From: a virus
DNA length: 64,000 nucleotides
Reading direction: 5' to 3' (one strand)
IMG/VR virus record: IMGVR_UViG_3300027387_000003
Span: 1-64,000 of that record
The notes below the pieces were generated by a model that was given only the letters and a program-made list of their open reading frames with translations, made no database searches and was not told the origin of the DNA. Each line of letters opens with the position of its first letter. The stretch's first letter is position 1. This document shows, piece by piece, positions 57,223 to 64,000 of the stretch. Both the position numbers and the translations under genes were made by a program.

Positions 57223-57449
57223 GTAAGACACAGGAAAAACGCGCTCGCCGTGCTGCAGAACGCGACGCTTTTATTAAAGAGCGTCGCCAAGTACAACTAG
57301 CAGTATTTGAATCTAACTTCAATGTAGGGCTTGAGTTCTTTGAGGCCAATAAAGATAAGATGAGCCCAGAAGAGATTGCACAGGTAGAAGAAGAGATTGA
57401 GAAGAATCGTAAGCTCATTGAAGAGTGGAAGGAGAAGTGGGATGCGTGA
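57219..57449 (+). CDS. hypothetical coiled-coil protein
   Basis: ATGA overlap; GGAGG RBS. Confidence 0.6.
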   Translation: MSKTQEKRARRAAERDAFIKERRQVQLAVFESNFNVGLEFFEANKDKMSPEEIAQVEEEIEKNRKLIEEWKEKWDA

Positions 57450-57609
57450 ATACCCAGGAATGAAAGATATGGGACTTGAGTTACCAATCCTAGTAGCTGA
57501 TGATGACTTTATTGAGCACCTTCACGAAGTAGGTTTTGAAGGAACTATTGATATTAATGACCTAATCTTTGAGTGGATTGATTGGGAATCCGATAATGTC
57601 GAAGCATAA
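57442..57609 (+). CDS. hypothetical acidic protein
   Basis: AAGGAG RBS. Confidence 0.5.
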   Translation: MREYPGMKDMGLELPILVADDDFIEHLHEVGFEGTIDINDLIFEWIDWESDNVEA

Positions 57610-57820
57610 AGATAAAGAACTACGAGAAGACGGCTGGATGACCGTTGATGAATTTATGGCTCAATTAACCCCAGGACTTACAGAGTACCTGCGGGAAAAC
57701 TGGGGTCTTAGAGATAACGAGGCTTTGCACCACCCTACAGACCTGTTTACCAATGCTTCTGTATATATGGATATTGCATACCGTATATCTAACGACTTTA
57801 TTAATTGCAAACATGGCTAG
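57596..57820 (+). CDS. hypothetical protein
   Basis: Overlapping-start operon ORF. Confidence 0.5.
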   Translation: MSKHKDKELREDGWMTVDEFMAQLTPGLTEYLRENWGLRDNEALHHPTDLFTNASVYMDIAYRISNDFINCKHG

Positions 57821-58034
57821 GAATATTAGAGAGCTAAAGCCCGATTTTACAGGGACTATGGCCTATGAGCACGTGGTTTGCCATGAGTGCCCTAACTGTG
57901 ACTCCAGCCTATGGAACATCAAGGCTAGCTTCCAGGACTACGAAATATCCCAATACCTGTTGGATATGGAATGCTCAATTTGTGGCAGTTATGCCAAGGC
58001 ACCCACACCTTTAGACAGACCTAATTTAATATAG
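57813..58034 (+). CDS. small Zn-finger protein
   Basis: 'CPNC...YLLDMECSICGS...APTPLD'. Confidence 0.65.
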   Translation: MARNIRELKPDFTGTMAYEHVVCHECPNCDSSLWNIKASFQDYEISQYLLDMECSICGSYAKAPTPLDRPNLI

Positions 58035-58084
58035 CCTTCATAATTGTACCTACGGGGCTCCACTATACGTAAACCGAGGTACAC

Positions 58085-58369
58085 ATGACCGAGCAACAAC
58101 CACAAGAAGAACACATCCTGCGTGTAAGCGCGGGCAGTAATCCCCAGGCCGTGGCATCTGCCATCGCCCATAGCATCTACGAAACTCGCACTTGTAAAAT
58201 CCGTGCAGTTGGAGCAGGTGCTATCAATCAAGCAGTAAAGGCTATCGCTATCGCACGTGGCTACACAGCCCCACGCGGTTTAGACCTAACTTGCATCCCA
58301 GGTTTTACCAGTATTGAAAGCCATGACGGGCAGATTTCTGCCATTATTTTTGATGTCAAGGCGACTTAA
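58085..58369 (+). CDS. spoVS: SpoVS family protein
   Basis: 'LRVSAGSNPQAVASAIA...IRAVGAGAINQAVKAIAIARGY...IPGF' closely matches the SpoVS consensus. Confidence 0.9.
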   Translation: MTEQQPQEEHILRVSAGSNPQAVASAIAHSIYETRTCKIRAVGAGAINQAVKAIAIARGYTAPRGLDLTCIPGFTSIESHDGQISAIIFDVKAT

Positions 58370-58430
58370 GACTGTATTTCCCCATTTAATAGCCTACTCT
58401 GTTAGGTAATCCTAGGCCAAAGGAAAACAA

Positions 58431-58763
58431 ATGACAAAAGATTCAACAAAGAACTCAGCACCGATTGCTCCGACATCTGCGGAACCATCAAACGCTGCAG
58501 GTTCAAAGCCACAAGTTGCTAAGCCTGTAAAGGGAACACTTGTGAAGAAGACTGGTAATGCTAAGGGTGGAACAGACCCATACACACAGGCAAAGCCGTC
58601 ACGTACTAAGATTACTGCTACAGGTGGAGCACGATACGGTATCCGTGTTAAGTTCCAAAAGTCCACAGCTCCAGAAGCTAGCTCTACACAGAGCAATGGA
58701 CGTATCCTTTCTTCAGCGGTAAAACGCTCAGCGCCTAACTTCAAAGATGGAATGGCTGGGTAG
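58431..58763 (+). CDS. basic low-complexity hypothetical protein
   Basis: AAGGA RBS; followed by hairpin. Confidence 0.6.
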   Translation: MTKDSTKNSAPIAPTSAEPSNAAGSKPQVAKPVKGTLVKKTGNAKGGTDPYTQAKPSRTKITATGGARYGIRVKFQKSTAPEASSTQSNGRILSSAVKRSAPNFKDGMAG

Positions 58764-58779
58764 TTACAACTAAATAGCG

Positions 58780-58807
58780 CAAAGGCCCCTGTAACTAGGG
58801 GCCTTTG
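58780..58807 (+). terminator. terminator hairpin
   Basis: CAAAGGCCCCT-GTAACT-AGGGGCCTTTG. Confidence 0.7.
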
Positions 58808-58895
58808 GCATTTCATTTGCAAGTAAATGTACCTTTTCTTGCATATAAAAGAATTAAGGGAATATATTCTAAATTAGATTGTTGTATACTATTGC

Positions 58896-58948
58896 TGACC
58901 GCTCACTAGGAGGGTCACAAAAAGTTATATCGTCTAAGGAGATATATT
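58896..58948 (+). promoter_or_regulatory. structured 5' leader of hsp20 (thermometer-like)
   Basis: Two hairpins each with a bulged G opposite an AGGAG; the second occludes the SD. Confidence 0.45.
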
Positions 58949-59452
58949 ATGGCTTCAGGCTACCCAATGGGTGGATATCCAAAGCATGAATGGAATCTAC
59001 CAAAGCAAGTACCACACACTACCGCGCTAACAATTACAGACCCATTTAAGGCGCTACACAATATGCTAGACCCGTGGACATTCGGGTTTGAGCGTCACCT
59101 AGAGTTCATGCAGAACCTAGATGACGTCCGTATTAAGTCCAACTATCCCCCATACAACATCAAGACTCTACCCGATGATAAAGCTGAGATTGAGCTTGCT
59201 ATTGCTGGGTTTAAGAAGGATGATGTCACTATTACCTACAAGGAAAACATCATCACAGTCGAAGGCAACCGTGGCGAGGATACTGCAGAATACTCATATA
59301 AGGGTATTGCAGCACGTAATTTCGTACAGAAGTTTGCTGTTGCGGACGACGTAATTGTGGGAGAGGCAAAGCTTGCCGATGGGTTTTTGACCATTGAGCT
59401 GCAGCGCATCCTTCCAGAAGGCAAGAAAGAAAAGACAATCAAGATTAAATAA
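58949..59452 (+). CDS. small heat shock protein (Hsp20/IbpA-like)
   Basis: 'NYPPYNI', 'IELAIAGF', 'YKGIAARNF...F', 'A.LADGFL.I.L....PE.KK...I.I'. Confidence 0.93.
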   Translation: MASGYPMGGYPKHEWNLPKQVPHTTALTITDPFKALHNMLDPWTFGFERHLEFMQNLDDVRIKSNYPPYNIKTLPDDKAEIELAIAGFKKDDVTITYKENIITVEGNRGEDTAEYSYKGIAARNFVQKFAVADDVIVGEAKLADGFLTIELQRILPEGKKEKTIKIK

Positions 59453-59467
59453 GGCTGTCAACCAAGG

Positions 59468-59496
59468 ACCCCCACCTAAATTAGGTGGGGGTTTTT
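59468..59496 (+). terminator. intrinsic terminator
   Basis: ACCCCCACCT-AAATT-AGGTGGGGGT-TTTT. Confidence 0.8.
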
Positions 59497-59564
59497 CATT
59501 GTGCATACCCAAATACTGTGTTAGGCTGGTATTGTTTGAATCACGATGACGACAAGGAGAGCTC

Positions 59565-59795
59565 GTGCTAGACGTATTAAATAAGCACTTAACAACAAAA
59601 CCCGTTATATGCGTTGTAAGTCAGTGGATAAGCGAGTTACCTCAAGAAGAACAAGATGCATTTATTGAACTGCGTAATAACAATAAAGTAGTAGTTGCAT
59701 CATTATATAAAGATTTAAACAAAGAAACTGAATTGCCATTTAAATTAACTGCCTTCCGCTCACACTTAAGAGGTTATTGCACATGTCGAAATTAA
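59565..59795 (+). CDS. hypothetical protein (C...H...CxC)
   Basis: GTG start with AAGGAG; 'H.RG.C.C' end; coupled to phosphoesterase. Confidence 0.6.
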   Translation: MLDVLNKHLTTKPVICVVSQWISELPQEEQDAFIELRNNNKVVVASLYKDLNKETELPFKLTAFRSHLRGYCTCRN

Positions 59796-60985
59796 ATGCT
59801 ATTACTAAAGCACTAATTAATGCCGAACTAAACGGCGCAGAAGAAGAAGTAAAGAGAGCCAATACGCCACCAGAATTTAGGGCGCGTATGGACATTGGTA
59901 CAGATGGTGGATTTTTTGTATCCACACCACGTACAGCAGGAGAGCTCCCAGATGCGGTTGAGCTGTTTAAAGATTTTGATTTAGACCCATCAGTATGGAC
60001 TGTAGTAAGTATTCGTAAGAGTCGTTGGCAACGTTATGACGGAGAGTGGCTAGAGGCTGCACGAGTTAACGTAAAGCCAGCAGACCAGTTTGTTAACGGT
60101 AAAGATTTAGATTACGACGCATTAGTTGCAGAAATTAGCAAGTGGAAGCCAGGAAAAACAGACGCAACAACTGGCCCCTTGTATGCCATATATGCAATTG
60201 GTGATACGCAGTACGGTAAGGACGCAGGCGGTGGAACAGAGGCAACTGTTGCACGAGTCATGCTTGGTATTGAAGAGTCTGTAGCACGTCATAAAGAGCT
60301 GTTAAAGCTCGGTCGTAAGATTGGCACAGTTGTACTACCACAACTTGGCGACTGCATTGAAGGCACTACTTCACAACACGGCAAGGTGATTGGTCGTAGT
60401 GACCTTGGAGTCACACAACAGGTGCGCCTTGGACGTCGCATACTTATGGCTTGGGTAAAGGCGTTTGCACCATTGTGTGAAGAGCTAATCGTTCCAGTTG
60501 TTCCTGGAAACCACGATGAGCCACATCGCATCATGATGATTGACCCAACTGACTCATGGCAGATTGAGGTTGTAGCTGCTGTGCAAGATGCGTGTGCAGA
60601 GAACCCAGCGTTGTCACATGTTAAATTTATGTACCCTAAGTCAGACCACGCTACATTAGCGATAGATTTAGGTGGAACTATTATTGGTTTGGCACACGGT
60701 CACCAAGCTAAAGACATGGGTAAGTGGATTGCAGGACAGGCAACTGGTCGTACACCAGTAGGTTCAGCTGATGTTTTGTTAACTGGTCACTTCCACCACT
60801 TCCGCGCTGACCAAGTTGGCCCACGTTTATGGATTCAAGTGCCTGCCATGGATGGCGGAAGTGCTTGGTTCCGTGATAAGAGCGGGCTAGAATCACCAAC
60901 AGGTATTGTTTCTTTAGTAGTAGGCGAAGGTTATGACCCACGCCGTGATTTAGCAGTACTTGCGGGAGAAAACCGCTTACCATAG
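59783..60985 (+). CDS. calcineurin-like metallophosphoesterase / Mre11-type nuclease
   Basis: 'GDTQYG', 'LGDCIEG', 'PGNHD', 'AHGH', 'GHFHH'. Confidence 0.85.
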   Translation: MSKLNAITKALINAELNGAEEEVKRANTPPEFRARMDIGTDGGFFVSTPRTAGELPDAVELFKDFDLDPSVWTVVSIRKSRWQRYDGEWLEAARVNVKPADQFVNGKDLDYDALVAEISKWKPGKTDATTGPLYAIYAIGDTQYGKDAGGGTEATVARVMLGIEESVARHKELLKLGRKIGTVVLPQLGDCIEGTTSQHGKVIGRSDLGVTQQVRLGRRILMAWVKAFAPLCEELIVPVVPGNHDEPHRIMMIDPTDSWQIEVVAAVQDACAENPALSHVKFMYPKSDHATLAIDLGGTIIGLAHGHQAKDMGKWIAGQATGRTPVGSADVLLTGHFHHFRADQVGPRLWIQVPAMDGGSAWFRDKSGLESPTGIVSLVVGEGYDPRRDLAVLAGENRLP

Positions 60986-60989
60986 TGGT

Positions 60990-61529
60990 ATGGCAAATCC
61001 TAATCAAAACACCCAGAACCTAGGTGCCAATGGCATGTCAGGAACCTACACCAATTACGGTGGAGGTGGAACTCCTGTTGCACGTGGTGAACTTGACCAT
61101 TTGCGTATGGGTGTTGGTCGTCAACCTTCTGCAGAATATCCAGATGGTTATTTAGGAACTATCCGCACACGTCGTGATGACCGCGGTCGTCCTAACGGTC
61201 AATCAGAAAATGTATTAGATAGCCTCAAGGTACGTATTGGTCAACGCTCATATCAGCGTGGCGTTCACAAAGGTGAACGTATTGATATGCAAAGTTATTA
61301 TTACCCAGAAGGTTTAGAACCATACGCAGGTATTAGTCGTCAGATGAAAGCTGCACTAGATGGCAATGTGTATCGTTCAACACGCCATGCACCAGTTGCT
61401 AAGTTAGTTCCTGCTCCTCACCTTCCTAATGACGGTAAAGCAGGCCCAACAGTTAAGAGCGATTCGCCTATGCAAATCAATCAGGCTCGTCAAGACCAGA
61501 TGGCTCGTATGAAACCAGCGTGGAAGTAA
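60990..61529 (+). CDS. hypothetical protein, probably leaderless
   Basis: TACCAT-N6-ATG at 60990; 'AEYPDGYLGTI..RR.DR' motif. Confidence 0.65.
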   Translation: MANPNQNTQNLGANGMSGTYTNYGGGGTPVARGELDHLRMGVGRQPSAEYPDGYLGTIRTRRDDRGRPNGQSENVLDSLKVRIGQRSYQRGVHKGERIDMQSYYYPEGLEPYAGISRQMKAALDGNVYRSTRHAPVAKLVPAPHLPNDGKAGPTVKSDSPMQINQARQDQMARMKPAWK

Positions 61530-61530
61530 C

Positions 61531-61911
61531 ATGCCAGGTAAATATGCAGACGGTCGCTATGGTCATAAGCCCTGGGATAAAGACCGCCCTGGAATTAACA
61601 CTCCAGAGGAAGCGGCATTTCCTCCACAGGAATACCTAGGACCATTCCAATCTAATCAAGACCGCCTACTTAATCAGTCTTTGGCAACATGGACTATGAG
61701 CGGTGCAGAACTACAAGCTTTGGTACGCCCTAATCTACCTCAGATTAACCTATTTCCAGATAGATATGGTTATACAGACCAAGAATTAACTATTGAAGAT
61801 GTCATTGGATTACCTGGTGCACGTAGTGCTCAGCGTGTAGAATCAGACTTCTCACAAGCTCCTGCTGGTAATCAGAGCACTAGCCGCAACACGTTAGGAA
61901 ACACAATCTAA
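61531..61911 (+). CDS. hypothetical protein
   Basis: Operon ORF. Confidence 0.6.
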   Translation: MPGKYADGRYGHKPWDKDRPGINTPEEAAFPPQEYLGPFQSNQDRLLNQSLATWTMSGAELQALVRPNLPQINLFPDRYGYTDQELTIEDVIGLPGARSAQRVESDFSQAPAGNQSTSRNTLGNTI

Positions 61912-62156
61912 TGAACCATAATGGAAATCAGTTTGCTGGTATTGCAGATATAAAGTCAGCATATGCTGATGGAAAAATTACTATGGAAGAAGCACATGAC
62001 CTTAATCCAGCTATGGCTAAAGAAAAGAATTCACAAGGGTATGAAACCCATAAATTAAGACCTGAAGGCACTATGTCTGGCGGCATGCAGAGAAGCGAAG
62101 AAACCGCTCGTAAAGCGCATAAAAAAGCAGGACTTAAATCAGAAGGTAATTGGTAA
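61911..62156 (+). CDS. hypothetical protein
   Basis: TAATG coupling. Confidence 0.55.
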   Translation: MNHNGNQFAGIADIKSAYADGKITMEEAHDLNPAMAKEKNSQGYETHKLRPEGTMSGGMQRSEETARKAHKKAGLKSEGNW

Positions 62157-62392
62157 TGAGTAAAGACCCAGGGCTATTTACAGACAGCACAGGCGAAGGC
62201 ATGGCTGGGGCTACAGACGTGGCTTTAAGTACTCAACAACAGCTTAAAAACACCATTTATAACGGTTCTAAGACTTGTAAAGGCTGTGGTTCTACTATGA
62301 ACCCAGTACAATCGCTAAAGGACCAAAGCAATTGCCCCACATGCAATCGCCGTCGGGCCCAAAAACTATTGAAAGGACGGATGTCCCAATGA
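62156..62392 (+). CDS. Zn-ribbon hypothetical protein
   Basis: CKGC...CPTC; TAATG coupling. Confidence 0.6.
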   Translation: MSKDPGLFTDSTGEGMAGATDVALSTQQQLKNTIYNGSKTCKGCGSTMNPVQSLKDQSNCPTCNRRRAQKLLKGRMSQ

Positions 62393-62598
62393 CAGTTAAC
62401 ATCTCACGTTCACAGAACGCTGAACTCAATGAAGGTGCAACAGACGGCAAGTACCGTAAGCGTCGTCCAAACACAACTGTAGCCCCAGCAATGGGTGATG
62501 AACTTACACAAAAGAACCGCGCTGGCCTACACCCATACATGAACTATGGCTTCATTAACTCAGAAGAGCCAAGCAAAGTAAACCCAGCAGGTAACTAA
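62389..62598 (+). CDS. hypothetical protein
   Basis: ATGA overlap. Confidence 0.6.
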   Translation: MTVNISRSQNAELNEGATDGKYRKRRPNTTVAPAMGDELTQKNRAGLHPYMNYGFINSEEPSKVNPAGN

Positions 62599-63005
62599 TG
62601 GCTGCGAAACGCAGAGAGGGTGACGCTAACCGCGTATACCAAACACCTAAAAGTAATGTGAATGTGCTCAGAAACCTTTCACACAACGGTACTATGACTT
62701 CCCCAAGTTTTAAAGGAAGTCAGTTTTCTTTGACACCTTCTTTAGGTAGCGGTCAAGCTAGCTTAAACAAATGGTTAAATGATGGTAAGCCTGAAGTTAC
62801 TGCCAATATGGGACGTTCAGTAAAGAAGGCAACTGGAGATACTACATCTGAGGCTCGTCAGAAGGCGTACAACGCTGCTTCAACAGAGCATACAGATGAC
62901 CTTAAAAGTGGAAAGTATGCACAACAGGAGATGAATTCCACATTTGTAGGGATGAATAAACAGCCTGCAATTAAGATTAATACAGACCCAGCAAAAGGCA
63001 AGTAA
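62598..63005 (+). CDS. hypothetical protein
   Basis: TAATG coupling. Confidence 0.55.
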   Translation: MAAKRREGDANRVYQTPKSNVNVLRNLSHNGTMTSPSFKGSQFSLTPSLGSGQASLNKWLNDGKPEVTANMGRSVKKATGDTTSEARQKAYNAASTEHTDDLKSGKYAQQEMNSTFVGMNKQPAIKINTDPAKGK

Positions 63006-63688
63006 TGGGATTAAAAGATATTGGCAAGATTACCGCTAATGCGGAAAAGCGCGAGAACTTGCGTGAGTCTGTATTATCCTTGCCACAGCCACAGACTGTA
63101 GGCGGTCGTCAATTTAGCGACGAAACAAAGAAATTGTCAAGAACTATTAAACCTCGCACAAGCACACCTGATGATGTCTCAGGGCATAAAGGTCTTAAGC
63201 TTGATATGAAAAACCCTTTTCATAAAGATTTACTTAACCATCTTTATGATAACGGTGATATTGGCGATTTAACTTTTCATCAAGGCGGAGCAGTATCCCT
63301 GCCTAGAGCCGTTGCTTACAATGAAAAAAACTCTAAAAAGTTTGAAGTAGCAGCAGAAACTGGTGGTGGAGAAAAGTCCTACAGCGGATTGACTCCAAAG
63401 CCGTCAACTGCGGTGGCTCCTGCGCCACGTAAATCAGAAAAAGATTCAACAAAGCCTGGGGTACGCCCAGCAGCCCCACGCCCTACCAAACCTGTAAGCC
63501 CTATCAAAGCGGTTGCAAATAACATTGGGTCAGACCCTAAGTCAGAGATTGCATCCCTATTTGTTGGTGGTAACGCCCGCATTACTCCAGAATCCATTGA
63601 GATGGAGAAGAAAAAGAAGGCGGACGCAGAGGCAGCGGATAAAGCCGAAAGAGCCAGATTACGTAAAGAACGGCTAGCAGAAGACTAA
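63005..63688 (+). CDS. hypothetical low-complexity protein
   Basis: TAATG coupling. Confidence 0.55.
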   Translation: MGLKDIGKITANAEKRENLRESVLSLPQPQTVGGRQFSDETKKLSRTIKPRTSTPDDVSGHKGLKLDMKNPFHKDLLNHLYDNGDIGDLTFHQGGAVSLPRAVAYNEKNSKKFEVAAETGGGEKSYSGLTPKPSTAVAPAPRKSEKDSTKPGVRPAAPRPTKPVSPIKAVANNIGSDPKSEIASLFVGGNARITPESIEMEKKKKADAEAADKAERARLRKERLAED

Positions 63689-63710
63689 TCTAGTGTGGTA
63701 GGCTACCGTC

Positions 63711-64000
63711 ATGGGTAACATCATTGACGAACTAGAGCCAGATAGAATGAACCTGCTTGTATGTAAGCAGTGTAAGACTATCCAAGAAATTCCATACACC
63801 AAGACTGGTAAGGCATTGGGTGAGGGTCGATATGACCAATCCGATAATCCTTTTATTGAGCAGTTTATTGGAACCTGTCAACAAGCAGGTCACTTTGGTG
63901 TTTTAACAGACTGCCTTACTGTTGCATGGATGGGTAACGCTCCACTTAAAGAACAGATTTTAAATCAGATTAAAGAGCAGATTTTAGGTGGCGGGTCTAA
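63711..64000 (+). CDS. hypothetical protein truncated by window end, probably leaderless
   Basis: TGG-TAGGCT-N6-ATG; MGNIIDELEPDRMNLLVCKQCKTIQE..., open to the edge. Confidence 0.6.
   Translation, partial: MGNIIDELEPDRMNLLVCKQCKTIQEIPYTKTGKALGEGRYDQSDNPFIEQFIGTCQQAGHFGVLTDCLTVAWMGNAPLKEQILNQIKEQILGGGS

Noticed and set aside
1-64000. Stop-codon reassignment or suppressor tRNA
   Set aside because: TAA, TAG and TGA all end full-length conserved genes; tRNA anticodons are GUU, GCC and CUG.

Overview
The whole window is part of one tailed dsDNA phage genome with a contractile tail (myovirus). The host is most likely a low-GC actinobacterium such as a freshwater acI-type organism; this is inferred from the WhiB gene, TANNNT-type and leaderless promoters, and base composition. 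Almost all genes are on the + strand. Order: lysis genes (SLT-type transglycosylase on the - strand, two holin-like proteins), terminase, portal, scaffold, N4-gp56-type major capsid, a ~12 kb block of collagen/fibre genes plus a GT2-TPR glycosyltransferase, Lys-rich mini-genes, tail sheath/tube/chaperone/tape measure/baseplate, a replication module (HTH initiator with probable internal ori, DnaC-like loader, DnaB, primase, dNMP kinase, SNF2), a tRNA cluster, SSB/PolA/RecA/resolvases/WhiB/Cas4-like nuclease, and accessory genes (FmdB-type Zn ribbon, SpoVS, Hsp20, metallophosphoesterase). The most striking observation is at 48080-48678: a resident tRNA gene is split into 5' and 3' remnants by a cassette carrying an HNH endonuclease and a complete, sequence-divergent replacement tRNA-Gln(CUG), and the HNH reading frame ends inside that tRNA. 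Other notable signals are a probable +1 (UUU-CGU) frameshift in the tail chaperone, a CU-rich candidate sRNA before terminase, a candidate late-promoter motif, seven TANNNT-N6-ATG leaderless starts, a ROSE-like Hsp20 leader and apparent GATC avoidance. All functional calls come from motif recognition by eye; no database searches were run.
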